Shown: positions 9,791 through 18,461 of the stretch, piece after piece
How positions within the stretch are numbered: position 1 is the first letter of the stretch
Layout: the number at the start of each line of letters is the position of its first letter
From: Parachlamydiales bacterium
Lineage (GTDB): Bacteria; Chlamydiota; Chlamydiia; Chlamydiales; JAJFMK01
Direction of reading: 5' to 3'
Length of the DNA: 64,000 bases
NCBI GenBank assembly: GCA_963704365.1
Contig: OY969899.1
Coordinates: 1,969,285 to 2,033,284, forward strand
Position numbers and translations under genes: made by a program
The notes under the pieces: model-generated
The model's input: the letters and a program-made list of their open reading frames with translations, nothing else
What the model was told of the DNA's origin: nothing
Databases searched by the model: none

Positions 9791-10880
9791 TTTCTTGGCG
9801 CCAGAATTTTTTCCGACCGAACAAGCTGTGGCGGCATTTGAAAAAGACCCTCCGATACTTCATCTTATTGAAGCACCTTCATATGGTGGGTTCGGATTAG
9901 CTGCAGGGGGACCTATTAAAAAGGGACAAATTGTTTGTTATTATGCTGGTGAATGTAGGCTTTCGAATAAGCCGACATCTTTTAAATCAACTATTTACTC
10001 TTTAAAAGATGTTGACCCATCAAGGTTTGGTGGAATTGGAAGTTTTGTTAATGATGGCCCTCCTAATTGTGTTTTCACATCAATTTATAATTATAGAGGG
10101 ATACCTGAAGCCCCCATTCTCATTGCAGTTAGTGACATTCCAGAGGGAGAACAGTTGTGGACTTATTATGGAGATAATCATTCCATTTATGAAGCTGCAT
10201 ATGTAATTTCTCCTGAGAATTTTGATAGAGTAAAGAATTACTGTCTAGGCGGGCATTTTTATAATGTCTCTAACGAATTTAGTGGTTTTTCATTGAATGT
10301 TTACATCTTAAGCAGATTGAGTGTTTTTTTCAGACTCCTTCTTGAAAAAGCACTAGAGGGTAGTAAAACAAAAAATGTCCTTTGGCGCCCCCTCGCTAAC
10401 AAAGGGGATGTTGCATTTAGACTTTATACCTATCAGCTGAATTTAATTGATTTCGCAGATCACTTCCTATCCCTCAAAAATAACGCACTAATCGAAGAGA
10501 TTATCACCTCTTTATTGAACGGGTTGAGGCTACTAACCTTTCTTCAGATCCTTTCTAAAATGCAGCAAGAGGGGAGTAACCTCACTGTAGAGAGAGTAAA
10601 AGAATATAAAATTTTAGGCCTTCTAACCGACTATCTTTATTTTCTCCTTAACGGCACCTATATTGGAACTTATCATGTAGCAAATCTTGATGAACAAAAG
10701 CCTGAGATCTCACTTGATCTCCCCATGATCCGGGAACTCTATTCGCAATTATCCTCGGAACTAAAAGATCAATTCAATCAGCAGATTATAGCGGCTATTG
10801 GCTCCTGTAGTCGGCAAGGGTGGATGGAAGAGTTTCAGCTTCTTACTCAGTTGACACAAGAACTTTATTTAGGACAATAG
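9762..10880 (+). CDS. SET-domain lysine methyltransferase (frame open from 9708; probably the C-terminal part of MYND-SET)
   Basis: GFGLAAGGPIKKGQIVCYYAGE, GGIGSFVNDGPPN, IAVSDIPEGEQLWTYYG. Confidence 0.88.
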   Translation: MTPRTVPSINFLAPEFFPTEQAVAAFEKDPPILHLIEAPSYGGFGLAAGGPIKKGQIVCYYAGECRLSNKPTSFKSTIYSLKDVDPSRFGGIGSFVNDGPPNCVFTSIYNYRGIPEAPILIAVSDIPEGEQLWTYYGDNHSIYEAAYVISPENFDRVKNYCLGGHFYNVSNEFSGFSLNVYILSRLSVFFRLLLEKALEGSKTKNVLWRPLANKGDVAFRLYTYQLNLIDFADHFLSLKNNALIEEIITSLLNGLRLLTFLQILSKMQQEGSNLTVERVKEYKILGLLTDYLYFLLNGTYIGTYHVANLDEQKPEISLDLPMIRELYSQLSSELKDQFNQQIIAAIGSCSRQGWMEEFQLLTQLTQELYLGQ

Positions 10881-10952
10881 AGGGCATCGATTGCAGCCAT
10901 TTGATTTTCCCATTCTCTTCGATGACGCCAAAAAAATGTCCCCCGCGCTTTC

Positions 10953-11669
10953 TTACCTGGGATTTAACCGAAGGGCCAGTAATAAAAACAATGCTGCTAA
11001 CAAATAAAAATAGGGGCTCAGCCGACGAACAACCCTTTCGAGCGCTCCCTCAGACTTTCCTGTGACAAAATGGTCCTGTATGGTCTCTGCAAGCTCGATC
11101 AGTCCACTGTCTCCGATTCGATAGTAAAAACCGCCACCCTCGTCTGCCATCTCTGCAAGTAGTTTAAAGTTTGGAACTGACCTTTTATCAATATCAGGAA
11201 TAATCCCCCCTTCCAACGAACCAACTCCCACAGTAAAGAGGGGCATATCCATCGCCTTTAGCTCCTTCATCAAACGGTCGTGTTGGTTTTCATCCATTGG
11301 AGGGATGGGCTCACCGTCACTCACTAAAACAATCTGCTGTGGGCGATGCTCTCCTTGAAAATGTTCAAAGAGGGTTTGAAACCCCTTTAGAAAATTAGTG
11401 CCTGCTGGGGAGAAAGAAACCTCATTCATCATCAAGCGGGCAATAGGAATGTCAATTGTCAACGGGGCTAAAAGATGAAAATCGCCGTCCAGAGTCCCTA
11501 AAGCGACCCAATCGCCCTCTTGCCCCTTAAGAAGTAAATCCAAAAGTTGTTTAGCAACCTGAAATCGAGATGCCCCCTGGATAGTATCACGAACCGACAT
11601 CGAAAGAGAATTATCGAGAATAAAAAGGGTTGAAGAGGCTGTCGGATGCTTTTGACTAACCCCCTCCAC
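10953..11669 (-). CDS. VWA domain protein, BatB-like (true N-terminus likely extends to about 11830)
   Basis: MIDAS motif LDNSLSM, LAPLTID, GTNF, IVLVSDGE, TVGVGS.EGG.IP. Confidence 0.85.
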   Translation of the reverse strand: MEGVSQKHPTASSTLFILDNSLSMSVRDTIQGASRFQVAKQLLDLLLKGQEGDWVALGTLDGDFHLLAPLTIDIPIARLMMNEVSFSPAGTNFLKGFQTLFEHFQGEHRPQQIVLVSDGEPIPPMDENQHDRLMKELKAMDMPLFTVGVGSLEGGIIPDIDKRSVPNFKLLAEMADEGGGFYYRIGDSGLIELAETIQDHFVTGKSEGALERVVRRLSPYFYLLAALFLLLALRLNPR

Positions 11670-11814
11670 AATCGTTGGCTCTTGCCTTCCTATGAAAAGA
11701 AAAATAAGAAGCAGTAGGAGAAGGAGAGGGCGGTCAAACGTTGCTGTCTGTCCAAACAGTTTAAGAGCCTGCTTTCTTCTCCAAAAACCAATGAGAAGAA
11801 TAATGAGTGCTAAG

Positions 11815-12849
11815 CTAAGGAAGGGTAAGATAAAGCACCTCTCTGATTAGCAAATAAATGAACAACAGCCCAAAAGCAACCAAAGCAAGATAAGGCGCTA
11901 ATGGAAAGCCAATACTGGTTGAAGGTGGAGCTGTTTGTGACGGTCCCCCTTCTAAATCATCGATTTTCTGAAATAGCCCTTCAAGCCCTTCTGGAGTTGC
12001 CTGAAAAAAACCACCATCGGTCACCCTTGCGATCTGCTGCATCCGTCTAATTTCAGGGCCCCATCGCATATTATCTTTTTCAGGAAAAAGAGAAACGACA
12101 TAGATATGAACCCCCAGTTTTTTAGCTTTATCTAAAACTGCTTCAAGAGAAATGCCTCGAAGAGGGTCTCTTGCATCCTCTTCCGGAATAGCTTCAAACC
12201 CATCTGTCGCGAGTATCAGTACATTCCTATCGAGATGGAATGTTTTTTCTCTTTCTTTAGCCCCTTCAATCATCAGCAATGTTTTATAAATCGAATAGGT
12301 TATCGCTGTTCCGTCTTGATCTGGAGGAACCTTCTGCAAGTTATCTAAAAGCGTATCTAATTGCTTGCGGTCAGGAGTTAAAGGTAAAAGAATATCGGGT
12401 TTTCTAGCGAAGGCGACAAAAGCTACCAGGTCGTCCGTTCTTTTTCCAATTTGCTCTTTGAATAGCCCTGCAACATATTTGACCAGCGGCTCTATCTCCC
12501 CATTTGGTAGGGGCAGTGTTCGCCACATCGATCCTGAACGGTCCAATGCAAGAGTCCAACTTTTCCCCTCTCTTGGTAAAGGGATGTTTGGACGGTGTGT
12601 ATGTGATAGCCAAAGAGGGTCAAGCAACAAGAAAGCTATTGTCAAAATGGATAGGAGGAGAGGGATTTTAGTCCATTGAAAGGAACTCTTTAAAACAGAT
12701 GTCACACTACTTAAGGCTGGAATCTTAAGAAGAGGGCCTCTTTTACCTAAAAGGAAAAAAGCCAGGGCCAAAAATAGAGCGGAGTAAAAAAAACCCCATG
12801 GGGAAAGAGCTAACGGTGGAATGTGGAGATAACCTGTGGCGTCAATCAA
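11815..12849 (-). CDS. VWA domain protein, BatA-like
   Basis: N-terminal TMs, LDRSGSM, PLTPD, GTAI, ILATDG, IARVTDGGFF, C-terminal TM. Confidence 0.85.
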   Translation of the reverse strand: MIDATGYLHIPPLALSPWGFFYSALFLALAFFLLGKRGPLLKIPALSSVTSVLKSSFQWTKIPLLLSILTIAFLLLDPLWLSHTHRPNIPLPREGKSWTLALDRSGSMWRTLPLPNGEIEPLVKYVAGLFKEQIGKRTDDLVAFVAFARKPDILLPLTPDRKQLDTLLDNLQKVPPDQDGTAITYSIYKTLLMIEGAKEREKTFHLDRNVLILATDGFEAIPEEDARDPLRGISLEAVLDKAKKLGVHIYVVSLFPEKDNMRWGPEIRRMQQIARVTDGGFFQATPEGLEGLFQKIDDLEGGPSQTAPPSTSIGFPLAPYLALVAFGLLFIYLLIREVLYLTLP

Positions 12850-13577
12850 TTAGCGTGCATCCCTAAAACATTCAGAAGTTCATCAAGATGATCTAGATTG
12901 TCCCACTGAAAAGTTAATAATCCACCCGAAGCCCTTGGTATGATTTTTACCTCTCGTCCGAAGCGTTGAGAAAGTTCTTTTTCAAGAAAGACCAAATTGG
13001 GATCGGTATGCTCCGCATTTCTGACAGAAATTTTTTCACGTTCTATTTTCTCGAACAGCTCTTTTTGAGCCTCTCCTTTGGAAGCTAGCAGAGCTTTAGC
13101 ATGCCCCACAGTAATTTTACCTTCATCTAGTGCTGCTTGTATCGTTGGAGGAAGTTTCAATAGACGTAAAAAATTAGCTACAGTTGATCGGGGTTTTCCC
13201 AGTCGAGTCGCCAACTCCTCTTGAGTGAGTCCAAAAGCATCAATAAGCCCTTGGTAAGAGTGGGCGACTTCAATGGGGGAAAGCTCGGCCCTTTGCAAGT
13301 TTTCAGAGAGGGCCATTTCAGCCGTGTGACTTTCTGACTCTCCGCGCCGTATGGAAACCCAAGCCATTTTTTTCTTTAAAGAAAAAAGGGCTAAAAGGCG
13401 CCGCTCTCCACTAATTAGTTCATACCTTTCCCCTTTTGGCCGAACAACGAGTGGGTGCAAAAGGCCATACCTCTCGATAGAGGCGGCTAGTCCCGCAATC
13501 TCTTCAGGATCAAAACGGCGCCTCATCTGGTAGGGGCTTCGATCGATTAAATCTATTTCGATGTTTGTTGTTTGCAT
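12846..13577 (-). CDS. parB: ParB/Spo0J chromosome partitioning protein
   Basis: YELISGERRLLA, ENLQRAELSPIE, LTQEELATRLGKPRSTVANFLRLLKLP, ITVGHAKALL. Confidence 0.93.
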   Translation of the reverse strand: MQTTNIEIDLIDRSPYQMRRRFDPEEIAGLAASIERYGLLHPLVVRPKGERYELISGERRLLALFSLKKKMAWVSIRRGESESHTAEMALSENLQRAELSPIEVAHSYQGLIDAFGLTQEELATRLGKPRSTVANFLRLLKLPPTIQAALDEGKITVGHAKALLASKGEAQKELFEKIEREKISVRNAEHTDPNLVFLEKELSQRFGREVKIIPRASGGLLTFQWDNLDHLDELLNVLGMHAN

Positions 13578-13632
13578 AACACTTAAATTTCGATTATAGT
13601 GTCTTCTCGCTTGACGACAAGGGGTAATTTAT

Positions 13633-14427
13633 ATGGTAGAGAAACGTCTCGATATCAGAATCATCAGGGGCTTGAGTGAAAAGCAAGAAGAAATTTCGCT
13701 TTGGGTAGTAGCCAATAAAAAAGGGCTTTTCATTGGCGGTGCTTTATTGCTCCTTTCTTTCATGATTTTGACCCTTTTTCTTTTCCAAGGGAAAGAAAAT
13801 TGGAGCCAGGCAAGGAATGAAATAGAAAAAAATCTTTCAAAAATAGAGCATCTTCAGGTGGAAGGACCAGAAGAACTCCTCCAACTAGCTAAGAATGTAG
13901 AAGGGAAATTCCACGTTTCTTCCGAGTTTGCCCCTCTTTATGAGGGTAGACTTGCACGTGCTTTGATACAGAATGGTGGGATTGAAGAGGCGCGCCGGCT
14001 ATTGAAAGAACAAGAGGCTCGGCTAATCACCTCTCTTCCAACACCTTTTAAAATGTTTTCTGAAAGTTCTCTTTTGATTGCTCAGGGTGAATTTGACAAG
14101 GCATGGGAGATGGAGCTTTCGCTAAAAGAGGAGCTGAAACTAGCAATTGAGATTTACGGAGAAGAGCGTTGGATTGAGACATTGTCCGCTTTTAATCTTG
14201 TAAGACGGGCCTTGCTCGCCGATCTTCTAGAAAAAACTGAAATTGCAAAAGCCCTAAAAGGTGAGATTTTGGCCTCTTTACAACAGAAAGATATGGCTAA
14301 AAAAGAACCTTTAGAATCGATTGTGGAAGCTTATCGGATTGGACAAAAGAATGTCATCAGCTACCTAGACTCTCACGCAGTAGAAAGAGAGCAATTGGCA
14401 GGTGCTGAAAGTTCTTCTCCTCTCTAA
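13633..14427 (+). CDS. Hypothetical protein, single N-terminal TM plus helical (TPR-like) domain
   Basis: 264-aa ORF divergent from parB; hydrophobic segment around aa 32-51. Confidence 0.7.
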   Translation: MVEKRLDIRIIRGLSEKQEEISLWVVANKKGLFIGGALLLLSFMILTLFLFQGKENWSQARNEIEKNLSKIEHLQVEGPEELLQLAKNVEGKFHVSSEFAPLYEGRLARALIQNGGIEEARRLLKEQEARLITSLPTPFKMFSESSLLIAQGEFDKAWEMELSLKEELKLAIEIYGEERWIETLSAFNLVRRALLADLLEKTEIAKALKGEILASLQQKDMAKKEPLESIVEAYRIGQKNVISYLDSHAVEREQLAGAESSSPL

Positions 14428-14459
14428 TCAGGGAGTTGAGTTATAGAGATCTTTTTAGA

Positions 14460-14666
14460 GCCTATCTTCTTAAACCCAGAGAAGTAGGCCTTATCCTAGT
14501 AGGTGGACTCGGGGATTATTTGATTCCCGGAGGTTTGTGAGGGAGGTGAAGTTTGAGGCTAAAACCTAGAAACCACCAGGAAGAGTGATCTTTCACTAGG
14601 AATGACTGGGGAAATATTTTTTGGATTTTGAATTGGACTGTCTGAGAAGTTACGGCTTTTGGACAG
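14460..14666 (+). ncRNA. Candidate structured RNA or 5' leader
   Basis: Several complementary pairs in about 200 nt: GCCTA(t)CTTCT/AGAAGTAGGC, TCCTAGT/ACTAGGA, GGTGG/CCACC, CTCGGGGA/TTCCCGGAG, AGGTTT/AAACCT and CTGTC../..GACAG. No family recognised. Confidence 0.3.
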
Positions 14667-14679
14667 ATTGGAGTTTACC

Positions 14680-14850
14680 ATGAGCGCAGAGTGTATTGCC
14701 CTGCCTTTTGAGCTCCCAACACTATCTTCTAATCGGCAGCCTAAGCAGTCGACTGAAGAAAAAATCACTAAGTTAAACTTAGTGGAAAAGGTAAAAGATA
14801 TTGATCTTAAGCCTGTTACAGTGGATGGGAGACTCACCGTTTCCTTCTAA
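14680..14850 (+). CDS. Small hypothetical protein (56 aa)
   Basis: ATG 14680 with a GGAG RBS 6 nt upstream; followed by a terminator-like hairpin. Confidence 0.5.
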   Translation: MSAECIALPFELPTLSSNRQPKQSTEEKITKLNLVEKVKDIDLKPVTVDGRLTVSF

Positions 14851-14890
14851 AGCACTAGTTTTGAGGCTTTTAAAGGGAATTACTTGTTCT

Positions 14891-14923
14891 TACCCCCGCC
14901 GAATCTCGCCGGGGGTATTTTTT
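14891..14923 (+). terminator. Intrinsic terminator
   Basis: tacccccgccga-atc-tcgccgggggta (imperfect stem) followed by a T tract. Confidence 0.6.
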
Positions 14924-14959
14924 ATCAAAGATTTAAGGAAGAAACAGTAAGATAGGGTT

Positions 14960-15409
14960 ATGGTAACGATAGATAACATCGACATCGGCGTTTACATCGA
15001 CTACGCCCGTCGAACGCAATATGTCGACGAATTTACCCGTCAGATTCGGCTTCAAGAAGCCGAATCGATCCCACCTCAGCTACAGGTTATCTACCTGTTT
15101 CCCCGGATGGCTGAGATCGATCTCCTTCTTGGCGTTATACCTGTCACAACCCCTTGGGCCTTTTTCTTTCCTCCAAAGAATTTCAGATCGCAAAGACGGT
15201 CGGCCTTTACCTTTTCTCAAATCGTCCCCTTAGTCAACCCTTTTGGCGCAGCCGAATCTGAAGAAGATCGATTAGAAAAACTTGAGTGTAGCTCTGAGGA
15301 AGAAGAGGAAGAAAAAAAGGTGCTGATGGGCTGTATCAAACAGATTAAGAAACTCAACTCGTGGCTCTCTTTCATCATCGGAAGAATGGGGCAGTTTTTG
15401 CAAGGATGA
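14960..15409 (+). CDS. Conserved chlamydial protein, CT273-like (DUF5399)
   Basis: MVTIDN.DIGVY..YA.., IDLLLG..PWAFFFPP, acidic tract, C-terminal GRMGQFLQG; directly upstream of a CT274-like gene. Confidence 0.7.
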   Translation: MVTIDNIDIGVYIDYARRTQYVDEFTRQIRLQEAESIPPQLQVIYLFPRMAEIDLLLGVIPVTTPWAFFFPPKNFRSQRRSAFTFSQIVPLVNPFGAAESEEDRLEKLECSSEEEEEEKKVLMGCIKQIKKLNSWLSFIIGRMGQFLQG

Positions 15410-15412
15410 CCC

Positions 15413-15808
15413 ATGTCTAAACGAAAATGGCTAGATGAATTGAAATGGGGCGAAGAGCACCTTGAAGAGTTAAGAACCGCAGGCTATTCTTATATACGAC
15501 AGGGCAAATATGATATTGCTCTCAATATCTTTGAAGCCCTGTCCATTTTAGCCCCACAAAGTGCCTACGATGCGCAAACGTTGGGGGCCCTTTATCTAGA
15601 GCTCAATCAGCCTTCAAAAGCTTTGAAACACTTAGATAAAGCCTTGAAACTTGATAGCCATCACACTCCAACCCTCTTAAACCTCACCAAAGCTTTCTTC
15701 ATGCTGGGCAAAAAACAAGAGGGGCTAAACCTTTGCAAAATTTTGCAAAACGACCCTACTCCCGCTGTTGCTAGCATGGCCAAAGCATTGATTCTGGCCT
15801 ACTCTTAA
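15413..15808 (+). CDS. TPR protein, CT274-like type III secretion chaperone
   Basis: W.EEHLEELR..GYSYIRQGKYDIAL..FEAL, YDAQTLGALYL, H.PTLLNLTKA. Confidence 0.8.
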   Translation: MSKRKWLDELKWGEEHLEELRTAGYSYIRQGKYDIALNIFEALSILAPQSAYDAQTLGALYLELNQPSKALKHLDKALKLDSHHTPTLLNLTKAFFMLGKKQEGLNLCKILQNDPTPAVASMAKALILAYS

Positions 15809-15826
15809 CACCTTCGTGAAGCGCTT

Positions 15827-15848
15827 GTCGGGGATAAACGTCCCCGAC
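15827..15848. terminator. GC-rich hairpin between convergent genes (terminator or REP-like)
   Basis: gtcgggga-taaacg-tccccgac, a perfect 8-bp stem. Confidence 0.5.
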
Positions 15849-15920
15849 TAAAACCAGAGGGGAGATCCTCTCCGGGCCACCTAACTCCAAAGACTCCGGA
15901 GTGTTTTGCAAATTCAACCC

Positions 15921-17087
15921 TTATTTTCTTGAAAGAAGCTCTTTTAGCGAGTCGACAATGTAGGCGACGTCCTCTTCTTCTAGCTGTGTAAAGAGGGGAA
16001 GGGTCAGGGCCTGTGAGAAATACTTTTCTTCCTCCTCTAACGGCTCGATGTTCTGGAAGTCTCTGTGATGGTAAAGAGGGGGGTAATGGACCTGTGTTCC
16101 AATCCCTTTTTCTAACAACTTTTCCATTAGTTCTTTTCGGCCTATTTTGGTCGATGCAAAGTCGATTTGTATGACTGCAATGTGAGGAACAGTCGACTCT
16201 GAAGTTTTTATAGGCTTTACATGGGGAACATGGCGCAAAAGTTGGTGATAAAGTTTGAGCAGTTTGATCCTTTTTGCCGCAAATCTTGGAAGCTTTTTTA
16301 ACTGGCTTAATCCTAAGACGGCCTGCATCTCATTCATATGGAGATTCGATGTTGATATGTGAGATAAATAGTCGCCAGGATAACGGCAATTGGTCCTTTC
16401 AATCCCATTGTCTCGTACCCTTTTTAATTGATGGTAACGCTCTTCTGAGCAAGTTGTTACTATCCCCCCTTCCCCAGTTGTGATGGTTTTTGCTGGATGG
16501 AAGCTGAAAATGGTCATCTCTGAAATATGGCAACAGCCCACCTTTTTTCCATCAGGGTAATGGGAGCCAATGGCGTGAGCTGCATCTTCGATAATAAGTG
16601 AATCGAGATCGGCAAGACGATTGTCAAACGCTTTTACATCGAAGGGAAGTCCAGCAAAGTGGATAGGAAGATAGATGGAACGTCCACGGGTTCTTTCCCA
16701 TTTAGAAGTCTCAAGAAACTTTTCTAAGTCAACATTAGCAGTATCAGGGTCAATATCAACAAGCTGAAGCTTTGCCCCTTCGCGGGTAAAAGAACCTGCC
16801 GTGGCAATGAAGGTATTGGGCGTGGTGACTAACCGATCCTCTTCTGTTAGTTCAAGAGAAAGGGCCATAGCCCACAGGGCGGTCGATCCACTCGAAAAAG
16901 CAACGGCAAATGGAGCATCGACCTCTTTTGCAAAGGCCTCTTCAAAGGCAGTGACGTTTGGGCCACGTGTGATAATATCCCCTTTTAACGCCTCTTGAAC
17001 CGCCTGTCGGTCCTCATCATCAATCTCTTGAAGGGCATAAGGCAAGAATGGGTGCTTCGATCGAAAAGAGTTCATAAGCCCGATCAT
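15921..17087 (-). CDS. DegT/DnrJ/EryC1/StrS nucleotide-sugar aminotransferase, PseC-like
   Basis: LPYALQEIDDED, TRGPNV.AFE, SSGSTAL, IIEDAAHAIG, FSFHPAKTITTGEGG, GTQVHY.PLY. Confidence 0.9.
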   Translation of the reverse strand: MIGLMNSFRSKHPFLPYALQEIDDEDRQAVQEALKGDIITRGPNVTAFEEAFAKEVDAPFAVAFSSGSTALWAMALSLELTEEDRLVTTPNTFIATAGSFTREGAKLQLVDIDPDTANVDLEKFLETSKWERTRGRSIYLPIHFAGLPFDVKAFDNRLADLDSLIIEDAAHAIGSHYPDGKKVGCCHISEMTIFSFHPAKTITTGEGGIVTTCSEERYHQLKRVRDNGIERTNCRYPGDYLSHISTSNLHMNEMQAVLGLSQLKKLPRFAAKRIKLLKLYHQLLRHVPHVKPIKTSESTVPHIAVIQIDFASTKIGRKELMEKLLEKGIGTQVHYPPLYHHRDFQNIEPLEEEEKYFSQALTLPLFTQLEEEDVAYIVDSLKELLSRK

Positions 17088-17166
17088 AACGATGAGAGCC
17101 CTTTATTGCATCCAGAAGGGTGTTGATCTAAGCGCAATGTACACACAGAAAATTTTAGTGAATTTA

Positions 17167-17345
17167 GTGGGTAGAGAGAGTCGGTCACCCGCTCTCCCCC
17201 CCCCGTTTGAACCCGCCGTGCCCAATTAAGGCAACGGGCTCACGATAAATACCGTTCACCACACTATGGTGTTTAAAAAAGTTTATGTACTATCTTCATT
17301 CGGGGTAGTGGGTGCGTTTTTATGTATTTCTCGTACCCCTCCCAA
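17167..17345 (-). mobile_element. Group II intron 3' remnant (RT C-terminus, domain V, domain VI)
   Basis: Minus strand: ..WEGYEKYIKTHPLPRMKIVHKLF* (IEP C-terminus); then DV GAGCCCGTTGCCTTAATTGGGCACGGCGGGTTC (17241-17209); then DVI G-run GAGAGCGGGTGACCGACTCTCTCTACCCAC, ending in AC at 17167. Confidence 0.8.
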
Positions 17346-17436
17346 GATCGCTTCGATTCCTTTGTTGTACAAAGGAAATCAGATGTTTTGTGGACTCTAG
17401 TATATGTTTTAGACGAGTGGAATCACGATTCGGCAT
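17320..17436 (-). pseudogene. Truncated HEPN/DUF86 (HepT-like) toxin
   Basis: MPNRDSTRLKHILESTKHLISFVQQRNRSDL matches the DUF86 N-terminus and overlaps the MNT stop. Similarity ends at about 17344; no RX4HXY motif is present. Confidence 0.72.
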
Positions 17437-17727
17437 ATATCGGATAGGCCTGCTTAACGACATCATCGCGGAAAAAATGACTTAAATCACCCGGAGTGCG
17501 TAAGTCGGCAGATCGACCAATGATTTGGCTGAGCTCTTCTTCCATATCAACAATTTTAAAAAATCCAGGATGGTGTTGAGGATCAAAAACAACAAGAAAA
17601 TCGACATCGCTTGATGGCTTGAAGTTAGGGGTCAGGACTGAACCAAATAAGGACATTTTCTCGATATGGTATTTTTTACAAAACGAAGCAATTTTATCTG
17701 TCGGAATGGGTAATGGACCTTTCGCAT
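17423..17727 (-). pseudogene. MNT minimal nucleotidyltransferase antitoxin (MntA-like), start codon out of frame
   Basis: SLFGSVL..NFKPSSDVDFLV (GSx10DxD) and GR.ADLRTP.DLS.FFRD. The upstream frame reads AKGPLPIPTDKIASFCKKYHIEK, but the nearest ATG (17727) is offset by one base. Confidence 0.75.
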
Positions 17728-17923
17728 AACTTCATTTTTTCAAAAGACAGGTTTATTTTATAGTACTATTTGGTTGCCATTCTCAATCGGTGCCACCCCT
17801 CTTAAGCTCAAAAGAAAACTTACCGCTCTTGCAGCCTCACAACCTTTCAACGACTTACCTCTTTATAATGATCGCTTCGACTGACTTGATTTTTATTTCA
17901 TCTACGGAAAGGGGCAATACTTG

Positions 17924-18418
17924 TTAAACCATCAACGCCGGGTTTCCACTTTCTTTTTTTCCTTTATCCTCTTCCCAGGAAACGGAACAGAAAAGGTGAT
18001 AAGACTTGATCAGCTCCTTTTCGTTTTTTAACAATTTTTTATTGGAAAGCCCCAACCTGTATTGTTCCAAAGAGGGTAGGCGGGTTTTGATGTAGTCTTC
18101 CTTTGAATCTATTTGTTCCGACCTATTTTTTGACTCCAATTTTTTAAGTATTTTTCTTCTCTCACGCAAGAGTTTCTGCATGACTTCTTTTATTTCGAGA
18201 ATTTTATTATCAAGCTTCGCTATTTCAACGTTTTCGGGGACGCCCGGTTTTATTAAGTTAACATTTGCAGAGGAGTTGGAGATCCGCTGGTGCGTGGAAA
18301 TTGTTTTTATAAATAACGCCCCAAGCACAGGCTGCCGGGCAATAGGAACAAGATAATGATTTGCCTTCCTCGCCAACGAGAAAGCCATCGGACTAAAAAT
18401 CGAAAGGGTTAATCTCAT
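17924..18418 (-). CDS. Hypothetical basic coiled-coil protein with an acid-free N-terminus
   Basis: ATG 18418 with a GGGAGG RBS; Lys/Arg-rich. Confidence 0.6.
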   Translation of the reverse strand: MRLTLSIFSPMAFSLARKANHYLVPIARQPVLGALFIKTISTHQRISNSSANVNLIKPGVPENVEIAKLDNKILEIKEVMQKLLRERRKILKKLESKNRSEQIDSKEDYIKTRLPSLEQYRLGLSNKKLLKNEKELIKSYHLFCSVSWEEDKGKKESGNPALMV

Positions 18419-18461
18419 CGTTCCTCCCATACCTATTAAAGTATTTGGTTTGTACTAATAT

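Noticed and set aside
12846-13632. parS site or parA next to parB
   Set aside because: No TGTTTCACGTGAAACA-like palindrome or ParA ORF was seen nearby.
14490-14605. SAM-I riboswitch (starts CTTATCC.AG.AGGTGGA and contains GAAACC)
   Set aside because: It lacks the P3 GCAAC/GTGC core and the closing GAT.A strand, and no methionine-related gene lies downstream.
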